Shown here piece after piece: positions 1-14,100 of a stretch of 64,000 nucleotides of DNA (position 1 is the stretch's first letter; the number at the start of each line of letters is the position of its first letter). The translations under genes were made by a program, and so were the position numbers. The notes under the pieces were generated by a model. That model was not told where the DNA came from, made no database searches, and was given only the letters and a program-made list of their open reading frames with translations. The stretch comes from Lingula anatina (taxonomy: Eukaryota; Animalia; Brachiopoda), in NCBI GenBank assembly GCA_051362555.1, contig CM120640.1:41146788-41210787 (forward strand), in the 5' to 3' direction.

Positions 1-1347
1 CTTAGGGCCTGTTTGATAGGCGGCTTCCTTGTGTAAGGTACCATAAGGGAGCTGTTGTGGCACGGGTGATGTGGGCATATTGAGGGATTTGTTATGTTGA
101 AAGATGTTAGTATGTGGATGGAATGCCACTTTTTATGTACTTTTTTCCCTTGGTATTTCCTGTATACAGCAAACAGTACCTCTTCTACAGGTATACATTG
201 GGGTAATCCTAAACATCGACATGGTTGTGATAAAAAACAGTTTCAAGATCACGAAATACACAGACAGTGCATCTTTGTTTTTTTTTTTCTGCTTTTCTTT
301 TTTTGAAAAGGAAAAAAAAACAGCGCTCACAACAAATTATATCTTTTCTATATGATTGTTACCTTTTTGTTAAGCTCAGAACAAAGAGAACAGAAGTGAT
401 TAGGAGAAAGGACAATATATATGTAGATTTTCTTTTTAAGCTTGACTTTTGTTGGCAATATGAGATTCTTTTGTAGAGTTGAGATGTGAACCCTTCAAAA
501 AAGTTTGAAGTATTCCAGTATAGCTGCCAAAGATGAGTTACAGACTCACCTCTGTACACAGTATATAGTCTCAAGGTGGAGTTGATTAAATAGAAAGTAT
601 TTCACTCCAAAGATACTCAGGAGAAAAAAGAGAAAAAAATCTTTACATTTGAATGGTTAACTCTAAAAGTAAAATGCATGTAACTTGTTATCAGTTTATG
701 ATCATTCATGAAAAAATAGAGACAGGTTGTATAATATGTAAGTTTTTCAAAAGTAATGCTCAGTAATAACTTGCATCTTCAGTCATTTTTTGGTTAATTT
801 AAGACAATAATTATTTCTCAAAATTACTGGTCAAGAGAAGTTTTGCAAACCATACAGTATTGCCTATGTAATTTGCTATTCGTGGTGGACTGTTGACCTT
901 AAAATGCTTTAAAAAAACATGGATTACAGTCGATTCTACCAAATCAGTGTTGACACCATTAATTTAAAGTGTTGCCACTGTTGAGGTACACACCAATTGA
1001 ACTGAATCAGATAAAGCCTCACATCAAAATAAGCAACAAAAAATTCCCTTTTTTCAGCCAGTTTTTACTAGACCAGAGAATTGGAATTATAGACCAGTTC
1101 AGCAGTAGGGAGACACAATATCACATGATGGTTTGTGTGTGGCCTGAGACCTCTGGTGGTTTTTCCTCAAATTTCTTCCTAACCAAAAATGGGGTTTATC
1201 TTCTTCCATTCTGATGAACTTGTGCAACTTTTTTCTGTTCTTATGTAAGGAGTTGAAGAAATGTGTTGTTTGCTTACAAATTTTATATACCACACCTAAC
1301 ATTTTCAAGATGACCCTCTAGTTTTCCTAGTTATGTATGTGTTACAC

Positions 1348-1570
1348 CCCATTTCCATAGATTTTTAGATCGATCTTTCCCTGTCGGGAGTCTAACTAGA
1401 TTACTGTCAGCTTGGCCGGCTTAAGCGTCTGTCCCGCCTACTAAAAGCTGTAAGGGGGTAATTAACTATGGTGCCCGCTCGGCTGACTGCAATTTAGCGT
1501 GAACCCCCAGGGATTTAGGTCAATCTAAATCTTAATCTCTAGATTGATCTAAATCTTTGGGAAAGCACCC
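1348..1570. mobile_element. MITE family A, copy 1
   Basis: Imperfect TIRs TTCCATAGATTTTTAGATCGATCT / AGATTGATCTAAATCTTTGGGAA; inverted homologous copy at 56882-57093. Confidence 0.8.
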
Positions 1571-4500
1571 TTAGATGATAAAAACAGGTAACATTATTTA
1601 TTTCCAGAAACCTAGTTATGAATACTTCTTATTTTAACTTTTTTGGTCAGTTTGATCAAGTTGTATGATGAATGTACATCTATATAAATCCTTACTACTC
1701 AAGGCTAAACACAGTATAGGATACATATAGATGCAGCCGAATATGGTTTTCATATTGTTTGAAGCATTCAAGTTTCATTTGTAGGTACTCTTTTTTTCTT
1801 TAATGGCTTACAAAGTGGTGTTGAAAAAGCTGTCAGTGAGCATTTCCTGGTCTCCTTTTTCTCTAGCAGCCTTTTTGCTTTCTAGCATTCCCTAAATTGA
1901 CAAAACAAAACATGACTTATGCATTCTGGATTAAAAGTTTGTGATAAGGATTTGATGGTGTATTGCTAAATGTTATGTATGCTGCCTAGGTTAAATGTTT
2001 GTGTTAATACTATCATAATTTATTGCTAAAAACTGTGATTAGTTTAGTTTTACAGATGTTTGCTATTTTAAATTAGTTAATATAACCAGCAGGTAAAATT
2101 ATTAACTTTGTTTTATGAATCAGCAGACAGATAAATAGATATGAAAACCTCTATAAATACAAAAATTCACCATGTGGATAGTAATAGTAAGTAGGTTCCA
2201 CTTGGTGGCATTATCATGGACTTCATTAGGAGCAAAATACCACATGGTTAAACTTACACCATTGCCAAGCTGCAGATGTAACCTTCTCCCCAAGTGGAGG
2301 GTTCCTCCTCGTTTCAGATCTCCTCAGATTGGATCTGACGTGAAAAGAAGGTTTTTCATCCCCCGGGAACATTTTAAGGAGACATAATGTCAGAATCTAA
2401 TGTGTGAAATGTTACTAGTTTACCAGTTCAAACGTTTTTTTTTTAATGCAGTAGAAATGATCAAGGTACTAGCTGTTAATTTTCAACATTGAAAAAAGAA
2501 ATCTGAAGTATGTAGGAAAGGGAATGGCATTACCTTATGGGTGAAGTTGTTCCCACATTCCGGTATAATTATTTTTAAAAAGAGAAATTGAACATGAAAA
2601 AAAAATACACTTTACAAATTGATGGCATCTCAACCAGTCTGTGGATTGGTAATTGCATTTTACCATTAATCTCTCCTTGCCTTTTAGGTTTCACTTTTAT
2701 TATCAAATGGCAGATGTGTTTTGATCTCCTGTGGAACAGATTACCAGAATCCTTTTAAATCTGTGTGACAAATGAATGTTTTTCATTAGTTGGCATGGTG
2801 TAAAGTTGTATTTTAGCTAGAGAATGTCCTTGCTGTCACTAATGAGATGTTTTTATCAAAACCCTTGTAACTGAAGAATTCTTACTGTTACCCCCTTCCC
2901 TGAAAGAGAGAAATCTGCAAAGCACTTTTTTAAAATCTTTTTTGGTAACACACTGAAGTGTTGCATACTTGTGTTTGTGGTTGAAATAAGAAACTGTGTC
3001 CAGGAAGTTCACCAGTAAATATTATTATTTCATTGGATTTCCCTAATTTTTCTGCTCAAAGTCTATTTGTCTGAAGCTTGTATGTTCCTGCAGCTTTATA
3101 GACAGCACCTAGTGCATCACCGAACAATATTTTCATCTATGATCAAATTTTTAGGTATGATTTGAATGTGATGTAGAAAGGTACATATCAGATATGAATG
3201 AAAAATAGCCATTGAAGTATGCCAAAGATTTTTAAACAGTCTTCTTCTGATGCAAGTATAAAAGTTCTTTCAGTTGAATGCTACTTGTCAGATGCTTTCG
3301 TGTTTCAAGGTCCTTCTGTTTTAAAGATTACAAAACAAAGTTTCTTGCCAAGTGCTCATGTCAGAAAGATGGGTTCTATATCAGTGGGCTGAAGTGTTTT
3401 ATTCAGTTTTAACATTTGGCAATGGATAGATGTTTTTGGAAACTTGTAGACATAAAGATACCTGCAGAAGCCAAGATTTCTTTTATCTCTTGAAAAGGTG
3501 TCTGGCAATGATGCCAAGTTTTTAAGTCTTGAGTGCAATGTAGAATTTAACCATGTGTTGTCTAGAAAGGAGAAATTGTTACTTAGATTGAATACGGTTT
3601 TACTTTTATTTGTATTAAGTGGGAAACATGTTGTGTGAAATACAGTGTCGATACCTGTCGACTATGGTCTTTCCTCAAATGAAACTCAAGTGAATTTCAA
3701 AAGATGAGGATTTAACTAAACAGTTATTTGTTTCAATGCTGTTTTAATTAGCAGTTGAGTACCGTAGTGGATTCTAAATTGAATGGCAGCCTACCTCTTG
3801 GTCCAACATTGCATGCCATGGTTTCATATGATCTGCACAAACAACTAAATACTTAAAATTCTGTGTAAAAGGGAACTTGCAGTAAATATCCAGAGAAATA
3901 ATAGCTAAGTGCAAACCCCCTGCTGGTACTCCTATAGGTATAATTAATTTGTGTGAGCTATGGTTACTAGCCTGGGTTGGATTAGGGAGGTGATAGGCAG
4001 TTAAGTAGTAATTAGATCCCCTGAGATAAACAGGTGTTAGACTGGTCATTAGGGTCATCTTGGGTCAAGAGATTGTGGACATGTCTGTATACAGTCACCT
4101 TAACAGATACATCGGACACTTAGAAATATTCTTTGAAAAAATTGTTTAGGATTCTTGTAATAATTTGGTTGATTTTTTTTCTCTCTTAAAAAATAAAAGG
4201 AAGACAGTCTTTGAGAATGGCTGTAAGTAAAACATAAGGGTTTTATTACTTTGTTTTTTGATCAGTTTTGCCATGAATAGGAAACTGCCAGTCTTTGGTA
4301 AGTTTAGTTAAGCACAAATCTCACTACTTGAAAAGTTATTTACTTCATTGCTCTTGTATAAAAAATCTCACAGAATGTTATGTTAGAGGTTGTGAGGGCA
4401 GGGCAGAAAGTCTGTAATTTAAGAGAGTTCGGCACATTTTACTATCAGATATCAAGAGGAGCCTGTTAAAGGTTTTTGTTGCAGTGCTTTTGTACAGTTT

Positions 4501-5008
4501 TTACTTTGTTGCCTTATGCTGGCAGAGGATTGATTTCAGAAACAGCTTTCTACAAAGACGGTACTATTTTTTTGAAGAATAGCAAGGAAAAATACAAAAA
4601 TTAGATTTATGAGAGTTGATGTCATGATGGACAAAGACCCTTTTAATATTTGAATGGGCATCGATTGTCTACCATGTCAAATTTAAGTAAAAAAGTTGAT
4701 TGATGTTTCAGAAAATTGGTTCCACTTTGAGGAAAAAAATTAAACTGACTTCACTCTAAGAAGACATTACTCAGTTTCAGGTCATAAAGGTGTGTGTTCA
4801 CACATGACTTTTGTGGACTGAAAATGGCCTACACTGTGAATCATACAATGAAGTTACAGGGAGCCCACTGACAATGACAAATTGACATTACTTTTCCAAA
4901 TGATAAAAAGTTAAAGTATATGATTTGATTTTTTTACTTAACCTTCCTGTAGGTACAACATGTGTACTAAAACATTTTGTGACTGAAACCTTTTTTTCTG
5001 TCTTTCAG

Positions 5009-5161
5009 CAGCCCGTGGTGAAGAGCAGTGCACATGTCCTTTGAATCGTTTCCAATGCGAGCCGGTGAACAGTGGGGAATGCACATGCATCCCTAAGCAC
5101 TGGGTGTGTGATGGAGATCATGATTGCGAAAATGGAAATGATGAAGCTCCTGGAAAATGTG
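5009..5161 (+). CDS. LRP4: LRP4 exon, LDLa repeat 1
   Basis: tttcag|cag acceptor and G|gtaag donor; [45 protein letters not shown]. Confidence 0.92.
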
Positions 5162-8100
5162 GTAAGAATACGCGGGCATGTATGTCGGCACATGCCCAGT
5201 ATAAATGTGCTCAAATGTTGATTAAGTACTGAATCTTTTAAAACTGTGGTAAACCTTTATGGAAATATTCTTGTATTGTCTTGCATGGTGATTTTACCTT
5301 TTGGTTTTTTAAACTGACAACAAGTGAGAAAAAATGAAAGGAAGAATTACTGAATGTAGACATGTGAAACAATATTTTTAATTTTTTTACTTTTAAAACT
5401 ATTTTTTCTAAATTTGATGAATAGGCAGTTGCAGAAAAAAGTGATGACACTTTTTATCAAATGTCAGATTAAGTTAAAGTCATGACACCAGCTCAGGATA
5501 TATGTCCTTTGTGTAGAAGATCAAATAGGTTGTAGATGCCTACCGTCTTGTAGAGAGCCAGTGTCCAAGTTCAGCTCAAGTTCATCTGATCCATCACTTG
5601 AAGATAGAACATCTGTAAGGCATGCGTTACAGGTGTGGGTTTGTGCTTTATCATGTCCTGCCATGTGGACCACTGGTGTGCAAACCAATGAACAGTTTTT
5701 GTTTGCATTATGAAATATGTAGTGTCCAGACACATGAGTTTAGATAGCAGTAAAGGTATCTTGTTTTTGTAATCATTTTGTATCATTTCCCCAATCAGCC
5801 TTATCCCCCCTGCCCCCACACCTCCCCTCACTCCTTCCTCTTTTCTGCTACTAATATCTAATTTTATCTGACATGATCACCTTGTGGATAGATACAATTA
5901 ATGTAGTATTTCAGAATCCTTACATACAATTTTAAGCACCATTGACTCTACTGATTTCAGACATACATAAGAAAAATATTCAGGAATCCTTTAAGTCAGC
6001 CGTTAAGTAGCATCTAGGAATCCTAATATTTTTCCTCTGTCAAAGCAAACTATTTAGAGAAGAGACAAGGTGTCTGCTTACATACGTCATGTTTTGCCTT
6101 ATCGCTCCCATCTCAAGTTGATGTTTCTTTTTAGCGGCATGTATTACGAGTCTGATGTCACCATTTTGAGGAAAATGTCTTTATATCCAGACTTGTGTCT
6201 CTTTATCAAATTGGTTTACGTTTATCTGAACATTTTCAGAAGATAAAGACCGAAACACATGCAATGATGTTGGGGTGAAGTATTAGTTGTATCATATTCA
6301 GTTTAAGTGTATATTTCAATAAAATCAATGAAATCAAGTATTCTGGAAATTGCTGATGAAGGAAAGTTCTGGTGGCCCTGGCTGTATGTGGAGAAGCTTC
6401 ATCCTGCTGAATGCATTATGTTTTCTTGTCAGTCTGATTATTTGATTTTATTCCATGAGGACATGGGTTTTTCAAATTCAGTGTCCTTTCATATCAAAAG
6501 ATCTCTAACATTTTTGTCTCTGTTCTTTCATATAACTTTTATCACCTCTTCAATATGAAAAGGAAAAGAAAAAAAGAAACATGCAAAAAATGCAAAGACC
6601 AAGGACACTTTATCAACTCAAGGACAACTTTTGCCTGGAAAAAGGGTGATATATCCCTCTTGAAACATTCCAGAAGGTGATGAAGAAAATGGCTGTCAGG
6701 ATCCAGAGACTTGACAGAGATGAGCATTGTGGAAAATTAAATTCATATTCTGTTTTTTCTCAATAAAATTCATATTCTGTTTTTTCTCAATATACCATAA
6801 TAATGCCTTTAAGAAAAAGTGAAACCCTAACATATGTAGCAGTGTTAGGTGATGTGCTGTTCATGACAGTACAACTAGAATAAGGAAAACCTTGTATATC
6901 ACACATACTGTTAGTGCTGTATACCAGTCTTAGGCCCATAGCCAGAGGGGTTTGGGGGGGGGGGGGCGGGGGTTCAAAAGAACCACCCTTTTTGTCAGAA
7001 AAAGGTCAATTCTGAGTAAAATTTGATCTAGGTACACAAAAGTTTTATTGTAAAAGGTCCACTTTTTTTTTTTGAAAAAGAACCCCCTCCCCTTTAAAAT
7101 TGCTCGCTACGGGCGGGCCTGGGTCTTGATCATTATTCCCCTTTTCACAGCCTTGCTGATTGAAGGGGAACTGGAATGTTAGTGATGGTAATACAGCAGC
7201 ATTTGAAGAGAGAGAAAGTAAGGTCAAGTGGGTTAGAGCTAGTACAAAAGGAGGGGGGAGAGAGTGTTTGTTGTTATTGGCTTGGATTATTGTAGATTGA
7301 TATACCTATAAAAACACTGGCATGTAATCAAAGTGCTGCCATTGTTTTGGCTGTGGAGAGCAGGTGGTGTTGTTTGCTGAAAGTGAGACTTCACTGAGTG
7401 CTCATCTACGGATCAGATTGAGTGGAAAGAAAAAGAAAAATCTAAACCTGGGGAACTCGAACATGATGAAAAAAATGTTCTATAATAATGTTGCAAAATT
7501 TTAAGTAATGTTGGATTTGAGAAATTTTTGATATTTCAGATGCATATTGGAACTGAAATTGTATCTCTATTGAGCTGTGTTTCATGCTAGTTATATTGGG
7601 AACACATTCATTTATTAAGTCTGGAGCAAATAGTAACATCTTGGCTCAGAGTACTAACTGTAGTATACTTTGAGTTAAGTTATACAAAATCAGCTGACAT
7701 CAGTAATCAACCCACATCTTTTCTGTTGATTATTTGACAAACTGGTCTCTGTGGTCAGTACTGGTCAGATAGATTGGAGATATGATGGTCAAGCTGTCGC
7801 CAGACAGACGTCTTTTTTATCTGAAACATTTGACCAAAGGTCAGTGTATCTGATCATTACCATGTCACTTGTGCTGTGCCATGAAAATTATCACATCACG
7901 GTGGTGAATATGTATATTTATTTTTCTCTATTTAATTGTCTTTTCTTAAATTACAGGGGATTTGAAATATAGAAACTGGCGCAGTTAGCCCAAATGTTCA
8001 CACTTTGTTTGCCATAGCACATTGGTGACATTGATAAAATGCACTGTCCATTATGAAGATGGCTCAAGAGGACTGACTTGATGGTCATCTTGAAGGCTGA

Positions 8101-11100
8101 AATGACCAGTGCTAGACATCAGACCTGACCCTGATGTGTCTTCTTCCATAGGAATTCTAATCAGAGTAATTCTACTCCTGCCAGACCTGTTTTTATGGCA
8201 GAACATCCATCAGAAAAAAAAAAGATTTGGATAAGGTTCAGATTTTTTTCTCATCTATTTTCTCCTTGGATGTGGTAATGTAAATGGCTGAAATGTAAAC
8301 CTGGCATTTAAGACTGGTTGCAAATTGAGTTCAATTAATGACATGTATTATGAATTTAAAGTGGATGAATCCATAGTAATTTTATACCAATGACTCAAAG
8401 GCCCCTAATGATTACTTTAGTTACAATGGAGTGATGTGTGAACTCATCCTACACAGGTTTAATTTGATATCAGATGTATCTATCAAGTAACATTCTAAGC
8501 AATACTCTTCCTGTTGAGCAATCTGAATTTCTTACCAGATATGAAATTCAGTGGATTGAATGAAGCTCAAGTGGGAAATTAAAAAAAATGAAATCATTTC
8601 TTTATTCATACTCCAAATATTTCGTTACTTCAAGGTGGTCCCGTTTATGGCAGAGGGCTTGTCAAAGTCATTACACTAACACTTCATGCTTCCCCAGCAT
8701 CTTTTTTAATGACTTCAACTGAAGTGATGTGGGCTCACTTGTTGTCATTATGCTCTTTGTCCACCCCTTTACACACCACACAGGGGTGACAGATAGATGT
8801 TAAAGGGTTACCAGTTTGGTGACAGGAACACTGGCAGGGGCATTTATGGCTCTACACACATGAGAATATGATAGGACTTTTCTTTAAAAAAAAGCCACCA
8901 TGAATAGTTTGCCATATACACATGACTTGATAGGATGCAAAATTGCTGTGTAAGGCAGGTGGCCCTGTTTGCTAGCTAGATAGACAGTGATGTACAAGTC
9001 TGCTTTATTGGAGACCTCTTGAAAAGATTTTGAGGAAATTAATCAATGTAGTCTTAAAGGCATTCTTAAAGGCCAAGTGATGGTGCTTGTAGTTGTGAAT
9101 GATAATTTTGAACACCACATACACAGCAAATTGTATATATCAGTAATATGTGTGTATATGTACTACAGGGAGAAAAGATCAGTTCAGGATTGTACTGACC
9201 TAAAAGACTAGGTATAAATTATTAAACTGACTGAACTTGTTTATTCATAGAAATAGATAATATATATAATAATATAGAAATTAGGCTTTGACTCCATTCT
9301 TTGTCATCATTATTGTAAGTCTTTTCTAAAATTCTTGGCCACCAAATTTCCATTTCTAAACACTCAAAGGTTGACCAGATTCAGCCTAGCACAACTACTT
9401 TACAACTTCAATCCTCATCACAATTAATTTTACACTTAATCAGATTAATTGCCTATCTCCTATATACCATATCGTGCTTATTTAATCCACCTATAACACC
9501 CCCTGTGAAAGGAGGGGTGAAAGTGGTCATCCTGTCCCCCTCCCCGTCTCAGTGATACTGTGCTGTGCTGATCCTCCTCAAGATGTGGACATTACAGATG
9601 AGAGGAGAGTAATCCCGCCATGTCTCCTTACACATGACTCTGGAGTAGGGCCCTGAGTGTTGACAGGTGAGGGTTTAGGGAGGTTTGACTATAGAGCTGC
9701 TGAATTAGCCTTTTTCATCTTTTCCGGAAATTGAAATTGCATTGTGGGAAGGGGAGCCCTGCTACGTCGAAACACTTACAGCGGTGCTAAAAACCATGGC
9801 TGAGTTTACGTGCTTTTTGTCCCGCTACTACAATAACAGTAAGCGAGATCGACACATGAGGTTTAATAAGTTCCCAACAAACCCGTTAGAATGAAAAATA
9901 TGGTAGAAAGAAAGGAAAATTTAGCAGGTTTGGATCAAAAGCAGGGCACCGCGTTTGCGCTGAGCATTTCGAAGGCGGGAAGAAAAACTATAATATTAGG
10001 AGATCAACGGTGCTTTAATAAAAAACAGAAATGCTTAGTTAAACAACGGATATAACGAACTATCGGCAAATAGAACTCGGGGGTAAAAAATGCGAGAAAA
10101 AAAATTATAAAGATTTGAAGTAAAAAATGAAGAATAGGCCGGGGCCTAAAAATTAAGAAAAGACTTCAAGCATGAGATTATGGAAAAAGAAAGTAAAAGC
10201 TGTGAAGTTTTACACGGGGGTTCTACTTACAAAAAATTCAAGAACTTTCACGCCTTTTTGTGTAACAACAAAGAGAAGGTTTGAAAAGTTTTGTATGTAA
10301 TATCCTTTTTGTGTGTGTTTTATTGATAAGTGATCATTTTAAATGTTGTAGGCCCATCACAGGTTTTAGTCTCTAATAACCCTTAGCAGGGTGGGTTCTA
10401 TTTTTTTAACGTGAGACGTTAATAAAATTTATATTATTATGTATTCAATCCCGTATACGTATTACTGAATATTATCAAGATCAACAGAGACATACGAAGA
10501 AGAAAGTACATCGGCTCTTGTTGAACGCGTTATCGGCGAAATAAAAAGTTATTTATTTCTGAACTCAATGACAAGAGAATTGGAAAATACAAAAAATGCA
10601 GAAAAGCCTTTCTGTAAGCTACACGTACATAATACATGTATGGTAAAGACAAAATGGATAATAAACATAATCCAACAACGTATTTGTAAAGTAATACAAA
10701 TATGCTTAGTATTAAAGTAGGCCTACGTATATTTAACTGTCTTAGATAGTTGAAAAATTTGAAATGTGTGGGAAACACTTTATTTGAATGATTTAATTGT
10801 GTGTGATTGAAAACGATGAAAATACGCATGAAAACATTTAAAAATCAAATAATTTGGCCTCTTGCTACAATTTTGTTTTTGTTTCAGTTTGACCAAATGT
10901 TCATACTTGTCAGACCGAAAGGCTGACATTTTTTACCTGTCGTAAATTTTGTACATATAGGCCTACTAGAGTAAGACAAGGTAAACTTTAATTATCGTCT
11001 GGGAAAGAGTCGAGAATTCCTGTCTCACCTATTTAACACTTAAAAGGTTTTAATTACAGAGGAAAGGTCGTAGTTGTGGCCGCTCGCCTTACCGAACAAT

Positions 11101-14100
11101 TGAACAAGTAACACCTGATGCCTTATCAGGTACCAAACGATTTAATCAGTTCACCGACGAACGATCTGCGTGTCAGTTTTACCTGTATACACAGTAGCTA
11201 CGAGTCAAACAATGCAGAAAATCTTTTCATTTTATCACTTTAAAAATCTCTTAAGATATCCTTCAAACAAGACGTAAAAATCGTAATGAATTGACACTGC
11301 CGGTACATGAGGTGATATCGCCACAGCTTGCATATATACATGTACAAAATTGTGAAGAGGTAGGCCTGCGCACCTGTCCACACTCTTGAAAGCTGTGTAC
11401 GAGTCTACTGGCTTTTTTATTTTACACATGTATATATAAAAAATAACGAGTCTCTTTCGCATATCTTTATTATCGGAAGCATTTAAAAGAACTCCGAAGC
11501 TTTAGTTCGTCATCACTATTGAAAGTACAGCCAAGGCTCGGACGCTTAGGTGAAGTCTAGTTGCAAAGCGCATCGTATTTAAACTGAGAAAGAAAATATT
11601 TAATTGCTTGATTCTCCGTCCAAATAGCTGTTTCTTGCCTACAGTTTACGCATTTCTGTGCTTCAGCCACCTTTTTAGTTTGTCAGAAAGCAATGCACGC
11701 TTCATACGACCTTTTTATATGCGCACCTTGTACATCATCTACACCTAGCATTGCCATGCTGGAAACAGCAGAGGACCACTATGACCCCTGTGGCGCGCGG
11801 TTCCTGTCATGCGCACTTCGTATTTCCGCAAAAGATGAAAAAGGTCTATACCAAATGAGAAGATTACCTCATTGCCTCTGCTTTACCTAATGGGCTGAGG
11901 CTTGCACCCTGGGTTTCAGGGGCTTGTAAACTGTGGATGGGTGTGCCAAGGATGGAGGTGAGTTTCCAGTGATCTTTCAAACTCGGGGTGGAGTCTGGTT
12001 GACAGGTAGATGACTTATGGGTCCCTGAATTAAGTGCAGGAAATGATTGGTCTAGTAAATTATTACTTCCTTGGTATAGCAGTATTCCTACTGGTAGATA
12101 TGCTGTGGTTTTCCCTTTGTTTTATTATTACTTCCTAATCGGTGTTATCTGGATTAAGCAGGGATGTGATGATGTATGTTTACCTGCCATCTTTTTATCA
12201 GATAGAATCTAATTATTTTTTGATTAATTTATACTGATAGGTTAGCTTGTGAGGAATTTGCCTTTATCCCAGTCCACCTGCTTGCATTTTATCATCAGTC
12301 TTTTTGTTTTTGTGTATAATCTGTATTTCACTATTTCAAATATGCTATCCTCTGAAAGTATATTTTTCTCTTTGTGAATCTGTTCACAAAGTGGTTGTGC
12401 ATGAGAATTTATGAAAAAATAGATTGATCCATGTAGCTTTGGAGGAAATGTTTAGACGAAACTCATTCGTAAAAGAGAATACAAGGATATCCGGCTGCAC
12501 TTTGAAGAGATATCAAGTGCGTTTTTATAGCCTGCCCGGGTTCATTGTTTTACAAGAGAATCCAATTCATTTACAATAAAAAACAGGAAACTAGAATCGT
12601 TACTAAAAAATTTTACAAGGTGAAATGAATGGAAGTATGATTGATGGGTGTCCAAGGTAAAAAAAAAGCTGCAGTAACCCATCTTCATGAAAGGTAGATT
12701 GATTAGCTGTCCATCTAGGATATTTCAAGTAGAATGACTGCAGCGTTACATGCTAATACAGATAGCATCCTAGGGTGAGACCACACAAGTTCGATATCAG
12801 CTTAAATATCCTGTATCTTCTTTAACACCACTCCGCACAATCAGAACAGCAACCACACATACTATTGGAGATAATAAGCAACTCCAAATGTTTTTTCTAT
12901 AAATTTTGACATGATAATCATTCAACAAGCAGGGCTGTGATTGAGTAGAAATTGCTAATCTAATCATAACAGGATATTTTTTTAATGGGTCTCTCTTCAT
13001 GGTGTAGGCTCTTTTGTTATCTCTGGGTTACAGGTAGATGTACAGGGGCGGGTGATATTGTGGTTCCTGCTGATAACACGATGTCTAGACTGTTACTTCA
13101 GCCTCCTGTGATGATGCTTTTATTATTAAATATAATATGTTTGCATATCTGGAAGATGTTGATATGACAGCTGTGTCAATAACAAGTGGGTGTCTGGATG
13201 TACGCCCCATCTTGTGATATTAAGTGTTTTGAAGAAATGGTGAAATTATGAAGATTGATAAGACTTTTTCACTCTCTCTTATGCTAAGATTGTAAGGCTT
13301 TTTTACACCCTCAGTATCAAATGACATTGAAAAAGATAAACTTTGAAACACGTAAGGGTAGACACACACTGAGATATATTTGATTTTATCATGTAAAGAA
13401 ATAAACTGACATTTTTTTAAAGGATGGGAATAGATCAGTAACAATTTTTATTAAAAAAAAAACTGATTTTGGTGATAGGCCATAATGAGGAATAAAAACA
13501 CAATTGGGGACAGTTATAGCTAATGGACTTCAGGAAAATACAGCTTGCTCAGCGTCCTCTTCTTCTCTACTCTAGATCCCCCTACGTGTGGAGCAGACCA
13601 GTTCAAGTGTTCCAATGGCAAGTGTATACGTCAAGACTGGATATGTGACGGAGATAATGACTGTGATGACCGCAGTGATGAGATAAGCTGTGGTAAGATA
13701 GTAAAGAATGTTTTGACAACTTAATTGACATGTATTCATGTTCTTGACTAACCACTACTTTTGTTCATTCATTTTTAGTGTTGTTATAGGACTATTTTTC
13801 CATATGTTGTATTTCCAGCTAAAGCCCACTCATTAGACAAAGGTTACATCTTCGTATTAAGAATCAGAATGTCTTTAAATAATATAAAATGGCAATACCA
13901 TTTTATTTATTTAGTAAAATGGTACCAATTCGGAAACACATGGGTAACCTACATCTTTTGATCTATCAAATCTTTTAGTTTGTCAAGCTATCCCAAGATT
14001 TTCAGTATGTCAGATGGCATTAGTATGTAAGTTTAGAACTTGGAACTTTGCATCTCTCTGTTGGTCTGTTATTTTCAGTGTAATTTGTCAGTAAACAGAC

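Larger units (their letters stand above)
9693..11847. mobile_element. Decayed ISL2EU-like (PIF/Harbinger-related) DNA transposon, about 2.15 kb
   Basis: TIRs 9709-9731 CCTTTTTCATCTTTTCCGGAAAT vs 11822-11844 (22/23 match). The right end is GGTCT followed by AT; the left end is AT|AGA at 9691-9695 if a 13-bp insertion in the TIR is assumed. CpG-rich relative to the host intron. Remnants of THAP, VKFYTG and VERVIGEIK on +, and a convergent second ORF on -. Confidence 0.8.
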
